NCBI GenBank assembly: GCA_904063045.1
Contig: CAJFCJ010000063.1
Span: forward strand, 1-63,019
Reading direction: 5' to 3'
From: Dimorphilus gyrociliatus
Lineage: Eukaryota > Animalia > Annelida
DNA length: 63,019 bases
Position 1 is the stretch's first letter. Each line of letters starts with the position of its first letter. Position numbers and translations under genes: made by a program. Below the pieces are notes generated by a model that did no database searches, was not told the DNA's origin, and saw only the letters and a program-made list of their open reading frames with translations. This document shows, piece after piece, positions 10,601 to 22,135 of this stretch.

Positions 10601-13600
10601 ACTAAAGATAAATATGAACTACACATTTCGGCAACTGTAAAGTGATGATTGGATGTCAGAGACAAACCTCAAAGTATATAAATCCTCATTATTCTCATTT
10701 GGCATGCAGCTTCCATCTGGACCCAAGGACCTGGGAAAATCATCTGGAAACAACCTCCACTGGAACCTTCCATCTACTCCTCAACATTGGAAGACAGTTT
10801 GGTAATTTGGCAACCTGCTATTACAAACTATCTACTCTGCTATTGAACTCTCATATTGTTACTTGCTTAAGTATTATTATTGCGAATAAACCATTTTAAT
10901 TTAAACATTTGTTTAAAGGTTCGAGTAGAACCAGTATTGTTATAACTTGCAAACGCATAGATTTTGCCAGCAAGAGCAGTACAGTAGGAGTGAATAATTT
11001 GAAAATTTATGTAAAATATCCTTTAATACATTAGTTAATCCTTCTGAATCTTCATGATAAATATATCTGTAGCTGTTCACCCATTTCCAGAAATTGGTAA
11101 TATAATCTTCGTATTTTTTATGATATTCTAAAATCTGTGTTGATTTTTTAAGCTCTTCCAAAATATTAAACTCTATATGTTCAGCCAACAACTCTACAGT
11201 ATCTTCTTCTACTATTCCTGTCTCTATAAGTTTAGAAACCAACCCAGTATTAAGGATATTCTTGTTTACAACGTTCCGTTTCATATTTTGAAACAGGAGA
11301 GGGTATTCTGTTGCTATTATCAAATCATCAGAATCAAAAACATTTAATACATTCTCTTCATTTAAAAACAGAGGCAATCCCTGTGGATCATTTTCCATCT
11401 CAAAGTCAAACTTTTCAGGAATAAATTCAATAAATTTTAGGAACCGTTCTAAATTCCTAAATGGTGTCTTGTTGATATGACGAGGAACTTTGCCAATGCA
11501 ATGATATTTAGATAATAAAAATTTGACAGTTTCCATTGGATTTACATCATAAATATTCATATCACCTTTTTTAAATATTTGTTTTAACTGTGAAGGTACT
11601 TGTGTTACTTTCATACCAATATCTTTTAATATATCAACAATATCATTTGAATATAGGCTTTTAAAATATAAAAGATATTTATCATTATGTTCGTTGTAAG
11701 ACAACCATTCAATTGATGAATTTGAAGATTTAAAAGCAAATATTTTACTCTGTCTTAAATTATTCATTAGGCCTTTGCATAAACCATTTAATAAAGGATT
11801 TTTCTCTCTTAATAATGGGAAAAAGTTATAAAAATCATAGAAAGTCAACTCTCTCTTCACAACTAACATTTGTAGTTGTTCAATAATTCTAGCATAACAA
11901 TAGCCTATTAGTTCAGTGAAAATGTACAAATTCCATTTCTCTTCAATTGCAATATCTTCTGTGTTATCTGAATCAAAATTTTGTCGAATACCTCTTCGAT
12001 TTTCGTGATCTAAATAAAAACGTCCATTTATATGAATAGGCATATAACTTTCAATTGGTAAAGGTAGATGACAGAATATCTTTTTCTTTATTTCAATTCC
12101 TTTTTCCAATTTGATTGGAAGAGCAACACCAGCTTCAGGATTATACTTTTTATCATTAAAATCATTTGGTAAATTATCCTTTTCTCTAAATCCATATGAA
12201 CGATAAATTAACCATTTTTGATCTTCTTCTAAATCATTTATATTGAGATAATAACATAAAGAAATTGGGTTGTAATGATGCTTATTATACATTTCTTGAG
12301 TGAAACTAGTTTGCTGGTAATTCTCACTAAACATTTCCTTTGAAGTTGATATACAAGATAATATCTTGTATGAATTATGAGTTTTCTTTTTAAATTCAAT
12401 CTTTTGAATACTATTCAAGAAAAAGAAACATTCTTTTGCGGTTTTACAAAAGTGCTCTTTTAACATTTCTTCTGCTTTGTCAAAGAGCAATGGTTTATCA
12501 GATAGTTTTGACTTTGTAGCCATACTACTATCTCTTAGTGGAAACCTGAATAAGACTCCATTTTTTAGATCAAATCCTTTGGGTATTGTCTGTAAAACAT
12601 CTGAATATAATTTCATACTTTCTAAAGGTATCATTCGGCCTGGCTTAAAAAAATTTTCAGAGTTTGGAAAGTATGAACGATGAGGATCAAATACGCAAAA
12701 AACTAGACCTTTTTTCTCATGATTAGCAACAATTATAGGTACATCAGTTAAATGATATACACAATTAAAACCAACACCAAATTCTCCAACTTTAGTCACA
12801 TCTGCTTTTTTACTTCCTTCACCTAACTTTTGAATTCCTTTGAAATCTTCATTCTGAAATTTTCCATTGTTATAAACCAGTAATGCTGGACACTTTTGTA
12901 AAGGTTTCCAAGAATCTCCAAATATTTTCTCATCTCCATATTCATTATCATCAAGAATAAATTGAATTTCAGTAGCACCAGCATCATCAGCATTCTGAAT
13001 AATCTCCTTAATAATTGTTCCATCATTTGGATAGGCTCGAAGAAGAGTTTTAATACGACAGATTAAATCCTCTGATTGACCAAATTCTTCTCCAATTCCA
13101 ATAGATTTTGCTTGAATGTACTTATCCTGATTATTTTGAATTCCTAGCCTCATAGCTAGATCAATACTAATTTTCTCATGGCAAATATTTAGGTCACTTT
13201 TATCAATCCAATCAACATTGCAAAAACATAAATCTCTATGGCTCAACCAAACATTTTTTGTATTAGGAATGAACAGATGATTGTTATTATCCTTTAGATA
13301 GAGTTGTAACATTTCATGACAATCCATTAAGTGATAAAGGATTAAAACTGTCATATTAACTTCATTATCACAATTTGAGGTACTATTCTCATCAGTTTTC
13401 TCCTTGATTTTACTTAGAATTTGAATGAAATCATCAAATGTAGGTACTCTTTTTACATGGAGAATATCTAAGAAATCAGTAGTAAAGACGTCTTCCACAC
13501 ATCTAAACATAAATGGTTCAAGCCTAGTAGTAATATTGGCCTGGTAGCATATTGAATGATCTGTTTCAAATTTATAACTGTCCATACTGTGAACAAGAAG

Positions 13601-16600
13601 TGGGAAAGCTGTTGGATTAAAGTCTCTCCAACTCAAAAAAGTAATAATCTTTTTGTATACTAGCTTTACTTGTTCAGAAAAATTATATTTTGAAGAATCT
13701 TGACATTATCCAACACTTCTTCAGTAGTTGGCTCTTTAATATTGAAAACTTTCCATATGATTGATAATGATTTCCTTAAGTTATTAACAGATGGTTTTAC
13801 AAAGGCTACCAATCGAAAATCACATTTTCTAGTTGCCTTAGGAGAATATAAATAAGTGACACCATCATCATGCCAGTCTAATATCCAATTTTCTGGTTTT
13901 ACTTTTATTGGTATGAATGAAATATTGCTTAGATTTTCAAGTTGTTCATCCAACATATTTGTCCCCGAGGCAGTCATTTCTTCAATAACTGAACATATCA
14001 AATGTCCTCTATCAATAAAGTTCTTATCTTTTCTATGCTTTTCAAGTACCTTGCACCTTTCAATAATCTGTTGTACAGTCAATTGAGAAGATATCATCCC
14101 AATGGAAGAAAGTTCATTTTTCAAACTCTCAATATCTTCTTTGTTCCATTCACAAAATCGATTCTCTTCAAAATCGAAGAGAGATGATAATTTAGAATTT
14201 TCAAAAACAACTTCTCCAGGTAATTTTAAAACGCCATTTGGTTTTGTTCTAATACACTTTGCTTGTTTCAATATATGATTTATCTTTGAATGGAAAAGTT
14301 TAAGTCCATTTCTAATGATTAAATCAAAATGTTGGCAATTAATCGAATCGCTCCTCGCAACAATATTTGAATAAAATGTTTCAGTATCAATTATTCTTTT
14401 CCTAAAAAAATCTTTCTCGCATTCTTCAATAGTATTTCGTAAATTTGAAGGTATTTTAGGAAATGGCAATTGAAAAAGATCAAATGCAATAGAATGTATA
14501 TCAATATTTTCAAATTGTTCCATTTTATAAAGTTCCTCGCTTAAGAATAGTATATTGTTTGACTCAAACCATTTCATCTGATACATAAACCAATGATTAG
14601 AAGATTTAATCATTTCTCTATAAAAATTTTTTATGAGCTTTTCAATGAATTGATCAGTAGAACTATTTAATGTTGGGAATAGACTGTACCAGTAACATTC
14701 ATCATTCCCAATGATTGTTCTCAGTGCAAAAAAGGTATCTATAAGAGCTGATGTAATTACTCTTTCAAAGAGTAAACTGTTCCATTCGTGTTCAAGTAAA
14801 TGTTTATCTCCTTTACTATCTCTAATAATGTTTCTTCGGTCATGAGATACTGCAAATGACCCATTCAAATGAAAAGGAAGATGCGAAGAAATTGGAAGTG
14901 GAAGGAAACAAAATAAAGAATTATTGCGCGAAATATTCTTTGTTAAACTCATTGCAACTCCTCCAATAGCTATATTTCCTCTTTTCTCCAATTCTTGTAA
15001 CATATTTGTAATTTTTACTTGTCCAATAAGCCAAAGATACGATTGATTGATCTCGGAGCCATCATTCAAATATTGAAAAGCTGAACCCACCTTCTTATCT
15101 ATTTTTATAATAACAACTGTCTGTGATTCATTGGGATCAAATAGGATACTTGTATGTTGTATTACTTTTATATATTCTTCCTGTTCCTTTAAACATTTTG
15201 GTATATTTTCAATTTGAAGAGATTTGGCATCAAGTGCATCGTGAAGTGTTTTTTTCACACTAATAATTTCCTTTTGGTCTCCTGAAGAATTTATATGAAA
15301 CATTTGAAATTCGCATATACATTGAGTAAATATGAGAAGATCACTGGATAATTCAAGTACAATGTTTATTAATTCTTTTATATCTTCGGAATTGTAGGAG
15401 TTTTTAGAAATTAAAGATTTAAAAGCTTGTTCGTCACTCCTCAATTGAAGCTTGTATAGCGTTCCATCAAACCTAGATTCAGATGGTACTTTACAATTAA
15501 ATATTCCTTCGAAAGGTGACAATAATCTCTTTAATGGTTTTAATTTGGATTCATTCAATTTTATTCGATAACCTCCTCTTTGTTGCTTTGAAAGGCTTCC
15601 AGAGTATTGAGCATGGGGATCAAATCTAACGTAGCTGTTACCCGATATAAATGATGGTGTTTCTGTGTAATGATATACAGAATTAAATCCAATACCAAAT
15701 TTTCCAATTGTTGACTTTTTTAACTCTTTATGACCAGAATTAATAGATTTTATTGCATCAAAATCACTTTCACTGAATAATCCATCATTGTAGACCCAAA
15801 TGGATGGACCAATGAAATATTTACTTTCGTCTTCAACCGATGAAGATCTTTCATCCAACAGAATTTTGACTGTTGTTGCTCTAGCATCATCAGCATTTTG
15901 TATAAGCTCTTTAATTGGACCAATTCCATCTTTGTATTCTGAAATCAATTGTTTCAATCTACGACATAAATTTTCAGATTGAGTCCAATCTTCAAATTCC
16001 AATAACGATTCATTAATGGTCCGAATATCCAGGATTTTTATTGTATCCTGGCTAAGTGTTAGTTGATTATGAATTATATAACTGAATCTATTCTCATCAA
16101 ATTCAATGATATAGCAATCGTCATCTTTTCCAGTAAATCGTGAAGCAGCTGCTTGGGTACACATGCTCAGTGGTTTCATAGAAAAGGTAGATGAATTTGT
16201 TCTTTCTACTGGAATCATTATATTCTTTAATTCATGAGAATTAGCATCTTGAATAGAGTTCAAAATATCTGAACATATGCTAATACCATTTTTACAGGTT
16301 GAAGGAGGGTTTACACTAATTTCCAACAGCACCTAATTTAAGGTTGTACAAAAAAAATTTTAGACACATATTAATATGTAAAAGATGTGGAAACTTACAT
16401 TTATACAATCCATGTCTTCTTTGGCTCCACATTTTGAATAGAACTCTTTAAATTCTATAAAGTTATTAGGAAGATAGAATCTATAAGGTTCTATTTGAAT
16501 ATTTCTATTATTAAGAATGATTTTTGAAGGATGAACAAACTCTTTTCCTGTCCAGGCACATTGTTGATTTTTGAATTCGGACACCCAATCTTCATACAAA

Positions 16601-19600
16601 TTGATTTGATTATAAAGCATTTTAATTATTCTTTCAGCTTTTTCCATATCTTTACCACTTACTCGATGTATTTGTGACTGAATATTCCAAAATTGGTTTT
16701 TTACAATACCCTTTGACAATGTGGAATCACATTTTAACAAATGATACAGTTTGTTAGGAATAACTGGTTGTACACCTCCAACCAACAATGACAGATTGTC
16801 ACTAAAAACGGAATGTCGATCGTATAAACATTTCTTTTTACCAAACCAATCAATCCCATTTGGATACACTTTAAGATGACTTTCAATATTGCTTATCCAC
16901 TTCAATTCTGATTGAATTGTTATATTCTTTTCAATGATGTAATTTTGAAGAATTCTACTTAAAGCAAAGTCATTATTTCTAATAACATATTCAAAAAATT
17001 TAATCAAAATTTCTTCACTTAGAGTTGACTTTAAACCAATTTTACATAGATCATTTTCAAATTTACTTAAACTGGGATGTAAAAAATATTTGGATAATGT
17101 CATTTCCTCTCTCAGTTTATAAGGAAATGATTTATCAAAGCTGTACAGTTCATCTAATAATTTACATGTAGAATTTGCTGCTGGAAATACTCTACTGTTT
17201 CTTAAAATAGTTCCTCAATAAATTAATATGATAATTTTGAAGAGTGTATTGTATAATTTGAACAATTTCCATTGTTCCATATTTGCCAGGAATGCTGGGA
17301 AGTACCTTATTGAAAAGTAGGTCATCTATGGTTGTCTCTTCAAGCCCAAAAACATATTTAAGTCTTTCAACTTGATTACATTTTTTAATTATGTTCCCTT
17401 TGTAGGGAAAGGGGATCGAATTTATAAATTGTTCTGTTATTGTAGATGAAACATGTGACCTACTAGAGCATAAGGGAAAAATTTTTAGTTCTTTCCAATG
17501 AGTTTGAACCTTTGCAGATAATCTTTCAATACTTTTAACATTTAAATGAAGATAGTTTAATAAATCCATTGCAGTTGGATATTCCATTTGATCAAATAAA
17601 TTTGATAAATGCTGACCAGTGTTTAAAAAATCACTGGAGAATAGATTTTGAAATAATTCTTCACAAACATTATTGAATATTATATGCTTGTTATTTGATT
17701 CTCTTATGGTTAAAAAAGGTGCAGATACCTTTGAAACATTTCTAACCAAAATCATACCAAATGTTTGTAAAATCTTTTTTTCGTCTTTCTTTTTTACTTG
17801 TTTGTCAAAAATTGCTGGAAGATTTTTCACTGGGAAGCTCTTATAATCTTTTCCATTTGTTGTTAGTCTTAACAGAGGCAGATGATCAAATTTTCCTGCA
17901 ATGATACTAGCATTTTCATTTAATATATAGTTGATGAATATTTTAAGCCAATCAGAATTTTGAAAGTTTTCTTTAAGAGTCACTTTCTCTACATGTGATA
18001 GAAAGGTAGACAGTTCCATTACCGTTAGTTGAAACATCTGTTTTAAGGCCATTTTTTCAATTAGTCCTTTACATTTATCTGTTAAAGAATTTCTGGCAAT
18101 AAAATCAATTCCCATGCCATTCAATATTACATTCAAGTTGTTTGATGGATAATAGATGTCACTACAATAACAACTACTGTCAAATGTCCTGAAAGATATC
18201 TTACATTCTGGATGTTCTATGGGAATAAGTTCCATATTTGAGACATCTAAATTTGATTCTAACAGATATTCAAGAATTCCAAGCTTTGTTTCAGTTGAAA
18301 TAATAGTTTTCCAAGATTTCTTTTCCTGTAAGTAAAGAATTACATTTCTTATTTCAACTTCATGTTCGAAACAATCTGTAAAAAAAGTTTGCAATATCTG
18401 TAGAGTTTCTCTTTTAAGAACAACAAAATTTATATTTGACACTTTCAGAATTTCAATTTTGAATTTAGCGTAGTGGCCATCAACAATAAATTTAGTATCT
18501 TTTGGTTGTGTTTTTTTCAATGATCCCGATACGAATTCACAATCAAGCAGCACAGAGCTTATTTCATTTGAACATATTGACCAGAAAGGGTCATTCAAAG
18601 ATTTCGGTGGAAAGAATTTAACAATTTCATCGACTGATTTAAATTTTGATAAAGAAATAAATAATTGATTGTAAACATTTGGTAATAGATTTTTAAGTAT
18701 TAAAATATTCCACTGGGAATCATCATCATTCATTGTCTTTGAGAATTGTAGACCAGATCTACTATCGTTTAAAGCGAAATAACCATGAATATGAATAGGA
18801 AATTTTACATTTATACTAAATGGAAGAAAGGTGAATAATGATCCTTTATCTAAAAGTGAATTATCAAGAGGAGCAGCTAAACCCATACAAGGCTGATAGT
18901 GAAGTTTTTCTGATAGTGTTTTAATTTCACAATTATCAAAATTTTGTTGAATTACAACTAGATATTTCTCAATTTTCATTTTTTCTCCATTTCGAATGAT
19001 GAAACATGGATCATAGCATATTTGAAATGATTTGGAATTTTCCAGGCCTTCTCTATAAATTGATCTTTGCTCTTCAATATTTTCAGATAACTCAATTTCT
19101 ATACTACTAAGTAGTTCTGATCCAGAATCTGAAAGTTGATACAGCTTGATGGATTGAAGATGTTTAAGAAACAATAAATTATTGGATCCATCTTTGATAA
19201 ACTGATCAAATAAATCATAAACATCTGAATCACAAAGAACTTGATTGCATACTTCAGATGGTTGATTTCTTAATGGTAAACGAAACATTGTAAAAGGATA
19301 ATTTTGATCATATTTAATATCATAATCAGCTACTAATTTGGTAGCTTCCTCCAACTCCCTCCTCTTTTCAGGACATTTGGAAAGCATTTCTTGAAGATTA
19401 TAATGATGAATTTCATTGTCAAAATGCTGGCATAAAGGATCAAGATATACAACATCTTCTCCGCTTATAATTTGTATACAGTCTGCAGATTATATATATC
19501 AATACTTTATATAAAGAGAGATTAAAAATGAGTCAAACCTGTTAAATGAAAAAGTGATTTCATTCCTAAACCAAATCTACCAACTTTATAAGCTTTTTTA

Positions 19601-20046
19601 TCCTTATTACTAATACCAATTGATTGTATGCCTTTCCAATCTTCTTCAGTAACACAAGCATCATTAAAAGAAACAATGGAATGAAGTTGTTGAAGTGAAG
19701 CTTGTCCATCAGTTTCGTAGTTTGATTTTTGTTCAAATGTTCTACAATCAAAAATAAAGCTAACATTTTTAGCTCCAGCATCTTCAGCATTCTGAATCAT
19801 TTCCTGAAATTAATAGAATACTATTTTAAGTTAAAAACGAGAGACAAAATTTATTGAAATTTACCTTTAAAATACCGCCATCATATGGATATTTTTTAAA
19901 AATTTTATGAATTTCATCAAGAATTGTTGGCCTAAGAAATTTCTTTCCAAACTTTGTTGAATCTAAATAAAATATTAATCTTTAATTACCAGTTAATGTA
20001 ACAGAACCATTGAGAAAATAAAAAAAGGAAACAAACTTTTAGCCAT
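1..20046 (-). CDS. SACS: Sacsin-like gene (three HSP90-like sacsin repeat regions), multi-exon, interrupted by LTR element A and by several frameshifts; continues past the left window edge
   Basis: Three HATPase-like blocks: EMIQNAEDAGA..VGRFGLGMKS (~19800), ELIQNADDARA..IGKFGIGFNS (~15900), EIIQNADDAGA..VGEFGVGFNC (~13000), each followed by FxFLPLP...HINGxF motifs. Inferred exons: 20046-20037, 19962-19865, 19803-19539, 19482-16399, 16332-10984, then 1669-1, joined by GT-AG introns of 74, 61, 56 and 66 bp that keep frame. Confidence 0.85.
1670..2299 (+). repeat. Element A 5' LTR (630 bp)
   Basis: Direct repeat of 10349-10983; TATATAAA at 1992-1999; AATAAA at 2201-2206; internal GGCCAAGTTATA(A)TT repeats. 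Confidence 0.97.
2304..2321 (+). promoter_or_regulatory. Primer-binding site, tRNA-Ser type
   Basis: TGGCGCAGTCGACAGGAT begins 5 nt after the LTR; its reverse complement ATCCTGTCGACTGCGCCA resembles the 3' end of invertebrate tRNA-Ser (..ATCCTACCGACTGCGCCA, recalled, not searched). Confidence 0.8.
2360..6976 (+). CDS. Element A Gag-Pol (Gag without CCHC knuckle, protease DSG, RT, RNase H, integrase with GPY motif)
   Basis: LIDSGSDRSFIS..IIGCDFL; YLDD; LTTDASN..YTDHQ..ADALTR; H-H-C-C zinc motif, DIMGP, TDQG, GLVERRN, KWLGPY. First ATG at 2360; the frame is already open from 2225. Confidence 0.95.
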   Translation: MAEEGNGNATGAVTDSNPSTPATPTITIQPAGMSERQQRLIEDYDRLVSEMKRNRITIPTDHGDGTHHPAQNPNVDITTVIQALRAAWDRPQRTILKLYDGSKECSKFKEDFNQACYAYGWIGEDVVKANLLDYLTGPAKDLVLALDGEPTVEEIWKALHDEFDLDPLEYQEKLLNLKQMNGESVVQFVNRAKKLIKRFSPPRPMEPQLLATMKEIKLMEVLQRGLQQDILHLVYTLHPKCQTLAELYEAAKQAETSLKLTQRKPITMVSKLETQQRKETKKTQVIRKDASTETPNFWNRKHVPDNKNATKEKFSSQKVQKYAPTTTNRYYKKNQPAKTILKEEPKLQKLETLDNESMSENDEVQDILCFSDSDESTCQLLQSKQSERNASTFIGQFETNTGFKFDALIDSGSDRSFISKKVLRQVQGKASFPEQTVKNARDASGNSIEICGEIILRLYFNEKIIKQRFLINKIITQQCIIGCDFLQQNGATLDFGKRQIILQPGTEKNYPVGTQHLSFKGFYPVPLIMKKNESQIHTLQTTIEQENPEMKNKVTQILAKYKETIAEDRFDIGNPEVPPLEITLEPGSTPYRQRPYRMPPQKQEECKQQIAELVKSKVIQPSKSNWASPIVFVRKKEGSLRMCVDYRKLNKMTVKNKYPLPNQDDLFDHLGGGNKFFSTMDLTSAYHHINIKKEDRSKTAFITPFGLFEFIKMPFGLTNAPPHFSYVMNSFVLKDVKHLCLNYLDDIIIFTKSLDQHWEALETILQQIQKYNFKIKLSKCVFLKEQVQFLGHIVSEKGIETDKSKTDKLYNLQPPVFANSLLSFVAFCGYYRKFIQDFARVAKPLYMLMKLHGKKDKLQWTEEAKQSFFKLRDAVVNPPVLQLPDFAKDFHLTTDASNVAVGGVLEQVYVDENGKKTMKPIAYASKQFNNNQMKYAAYQKEAFGVYWVVKKFLHYLQDKPFFLYTDHQSLVQTFKQNKLNVSTAKWVMALMDLKFTINYVTGRKNRADALTRLEEYTPPRKVTFEELIHGKIKKENSPSISVKMEQYEHTPELTFVATSDNSEEKIDLSSVDLQSEQEKDVNLKSIKEYLTLDGQLPIPYFGTFTPFIMEMFVHKEMIWIILEERNILVLPDHLMLTLLPKFHKNKIHNHHGPRMTLQIITKTFWHPKLKIMIENSIKDCTLCEQMNGRSRVYPLVETFHPASPMELVAMDIMGPLPMVKSYRFILVIVDHFSRYTVLYALKQQTSKEIANLLFNRFFPIFGIPKQMLTDQGRNFVGKAFKEFMKVLGIEKIQTTAYRSQSNGLVERRNREVRKEINKLVVEENQHNWVANLPLIQAFLNQSPVGSTRLPPQELLFGTSTRTLIDVTMHTTSPETNVLFVFNHQQQLVQLRATAFCKSIMAKEQYRERKNRNLNLPKYFEVDDEVFLRNDAARIAITKIPSLKWLGPYRITKVNHQKWIYEIQMDDNTCKLVHGSRLRLANESNKLETGKEATTIFHLVEKEITHLQYLSQVEGRNDFQFRLKNQKGQEVIACVTQEH
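6955..7896 (+). CDS. Element A second aspartic protease (DTG) plus acidic Ser-rich spacer
   Basis: The -1 frame from 6955 reads LCDTGALRSFITE...AIILGCDFL, then a D/E/S-rich tract; contiguous with env in ORF 6973..10317. Confidence 0.85.
7897..10317 (+). CDS. env: Element A envelope glycoprotein
   Basis: Hydrophobic signal-like MLWLPLVMTVMVICGCIHS, Cys-rich ectodomain with N-glycosylation sequons, C-terminal TM (IIRNICLSIVVSMVCIIIFNYII) and tail; homologous to element B env; lies just before the PPT. Confidence 0.88.
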   Translation: MKQMLWLPLVMTVMVICGCIHSITVPKPSYQGAHVTSANITLTFKPPLYFCSNQLPSQAFDLADEPTCNIESQETKTITADIYELNLEEIETRAVKCQVYLRTNFYTYYFFGAKKRRIVNSVIKVTHDQCRQMIKDKRSFQGKPLMVKRNTWIHQDQFPAAYTWPTTTKVLEYTTIIQFGKAYWQPPNMKITTNLDYLEDCLPGQSYCETEEAIIVFRNLKNNYTLGQQSPWIKISNRISCIKFAGHYSCPGYSILDIPYQDKFIDGIGGPGTKVLVPLEEQSLIQETSKEHLYNLLQYQKIGKNEEKRLLNYPNKVKEQIILYKRNNPLPSLNQWYRETNTKYKLMRNKGTLKEVVIYHLQQPISPSYWELDNYYIQEMLQAVNWTRATRQSVTISKYVYSEKRIKKKVLPTLGIWYKGPPAREFKITYEGIYFTLHMRMAKKQMKKEAKLKHKISKNPYHKFPLEMREAAQTSTLLHGIDSNFKNLKKFTQQLSSLLCNQFVQRSRMMALLANLDPQLTTVLTNELGMHSSQMGELAIIKQCSPIASTEVVCDLSMIKKNNKCSQFLLVTMNNLLFQVEPVTHVLQQVNPEEITYNECKSNKLFYKTTHNPLNPIRNQPMKDKTYVYYSERGCRFHTVSAKSMQLHIHNHLSEPKIEIARLADLLHHGVKKDIAYQHSKIKQVISSLEQKQARYDNMVTVAEKNGIVPNLSGIKKFFHSWYYKPGKTLYVIIRNICLSIVVSMVCIIIFNYIIGRRKQREEIATPSESTDNSPENPKLMKQSCSFSQHQTNEEEQPPVILIKSR
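10334..10347 (+). promoter_or_regulatory. Element A polypurine tract
   Basis: AAAGAAGGGGGAAG ending 1 nt before the 3' LTR. Confidence 0.9.
10349..10983 (+). repeat. Element A 3' LTR (635 bp)
   Basis: Matches 1670-2299 except for five 1-bp indels and one substitution found by eye. Confidence 0.97.
10984..16332 (-). CDS. SACS: Sacsin-like giant exon, proximal part (repeats 2 and 3), with one frameshift near 13680; cut by element A
   Basis: ORFs 13666..16332 and 10940..13636 join if one T is added to a T5 run (..NIIFSEQVKLVYKKIITFLSWRD..); the last 14 codons of ORF 10940 are LTR sequence. Confidence 0.8.
16399..19482 (-). CDS. SACS: Sacsin-like exon 4 (rest of repeat 1), with one frameshift near 17200
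   Basis: ORFs 17192..19387 and 16360..17103 join via the alternative frame LRNSRVFPAANSTCKLLDELYSFDKSFPYKLREEMTLS; donor GTAAGT at 16398. Confidence 0.8.
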
Positions 20047-20331
20047 TTTGTTTTTCTCTTTTCTCCTAAAATTTTTAAAAAAACAAATAATTATGATATC
20101 ATTAATTTAGAATAAAACTAAATTTTGAGTAGTTTTACTAACCTTCTTTTAATATGGAAGTACACCTTTGATTGCTGTCAAAGTACTAAATGCTCATACC
20201 ATAACCTTTTTATCTGTTTTTGAGAAAAAATAGGCCAATTCATTTTTTGAAAATTGTAAATTGGCCTATTTTTTTAATAAAAGATAATTCTGTAGATTGC
20301 ATATTTATAAGTAAATACAATGTTTTTCTAT

Positions 20332-20455
20332 TGTAAATTTGTCAGCACTAATCTACAATAGATAGGTATATTGACAGACTAATAGTACTCATAGCACTGA
20401 TTGAAGTAAGCACGCTTGACCTACTTTTGTATAGGGTCATGCTTACACAATGTGA
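20332..20455 (+). repeat. Diverged fragment of an element-B-family LTR (U3 start)
   Basis: GTCAGC..TCTACAATAGA..CATAGCACTGAT..TAAGCA..TGACCTA..ATAGGG..TACACA aligns by eye to the reverse complement of 45790-45916. Confidence 0.65.
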
Positions 20456-21833
20456 GGCCACACATAATTTATTAGTATTATTTATTTATATTTTCTTTTC
20501 GAAATTCTCTATCCATTCTTCTTTTCATAGGCAAAAAGACACCTTAAATATATAAATCAGCATTTGCATCAACCAAGGTCACCTCTAAACAGTAATAAAC
20601 TATGTGACAAAATATTATATAAAATCAAATTTTCATTCAACATTTTTTAATATGATTATTAATTTTTTTTTCTGATTGTTTTGCAAATTTACTTATAGAT
20701 TAAAGAAGATGTTCAAAAATATTCAAGTATTGCCTATTCACAAATAAATTGTGTTGGTGATTGGCAAATATACGTCACTTGCTAAAAGATTATAAGTAGA
20801 AAAAATAAAGTATTTTGTTCAAATTTTCTATTCTTTTATCAATAGAATTCAAAAAAGAATTAAATTATCTCAACCAGTTTCTATTAACAAAAGATACAAA
20901 AAAACATCTAAATGAATTCTACTTGCAAAGATTTTTCTTGCATCAGTTCTTTGTTCCATTGTTTATACCACTGTGGCAACATCTGTTTTGTTCAGAGAAT
21001 TTGTGTGAACTAAAAGCCTTTCTATAATTCAAAGCATCTAATTCCACTAAATAAGGTCTTTCTTAGGTTTGGGTTATTAATTCCATCAAAAAGTAGTTTT
21101 TTTCTAATGTTTCACTATTCTAATTCCTTTAAAATAAGATCTATTTAAAGTCTTTATATTATAATTCCAAAGTGCACAAAGGGAGCATATATTCATAAAT
21201 TTTCCAAGATTTTGCTAAATCAAACTCATCTTCAAAGGTGATATTATCAAAAATTGATTCAATGGGATACAATCAAGGCAAATTTTGCAAATACAAAATT
21301 AGTTATTGATAAAAAATATTTGTATCCAATAGGAGAAGAAGACTGAATAATCTCATAACTGAATGAGAGTTAGTTAGTCTTTCCTGTGCTGTTAATTTTA
21401 TGGCAAAAATTGAACAGATGATTGGTATTTTAACACCGATTGAACTAAATAATCTAATAGAAATAGTATACAAAAATGAATTGAAAATTTCTAATATTTC
21501 ACATAAACCTATATCTGAATATCAATCTACACATGACTAACAGTTCTCTAACTCTATAACATATTTCTAGAATTTGGATGACCTTTCATTCCAGACTAAG
21601 ACAATAACTGAAAATTAATTTAGTCTTTTTTTGTTTCAAAAACATCTATCACGCTTTACAAACATCCTCTGTAATAGATGGATAGAGGTGTCATCTGGTG
21701 TCTATTTTATTTTTATATTACCTAGAGCATGATTTATTATTCAAATCAAGCATTCATTGATGAGAGATCGTGCGTCATCACTAAAATATGAAATTGAATT
21801 TTAGAGCAATTGTCAAGATTTACTATTAATATT

Positions 21834-22055
21834 TTGGGGCCTAGTTGAAAATGGCCATAACTGAAATTTTTGAAAGTTTGATTTCAGGATGGGAAATGGT
21901 TAGGAGGAGTAAGATAACTATTGATATGTACTTGGCAGAGTCCCATCTAAGGGTTAGGGTTATTATAATATTGAACTAGATACTAAGATCTAAGTTCTCA
22001 TGCAAGTTGAATAACTTCCGCCAAAATTTCATGAGATTCCATGATGGTATAGAAT
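21834..22055 (+). repeat. Partial copy of a TTAGGG-containing MITE-like repeat
   Basis: 21850-21960 resembles 25170-25280; 21950-22055 resembles 24090-24190. Confidence 0.7.
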
Positions 22056-22135
22056 GCAAGAGTAAGAACAATCTGTACAAGTAAGACTATCTGCAACTGA
22101 TTGATGAAATTGTGTTGTTGGTTACTAAGCATAGT

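Larger units (their letters stand above)
1670..10983 (+). mobile_element. Element A: full-length Ty3/Gypsy LTR retroelement with env
   Basis: Paired LTRs starting TGTAC and ending GTACA; 4-bp TSD GTAG (1666-1669, 10984-10987); PBS; PPT; gag-PR-RT-RH-IN order; RT motifs WASPIVFVRKK, RMCVDYRKLN, MPFGLTNAP, YLDD. Confidence 0.97.
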
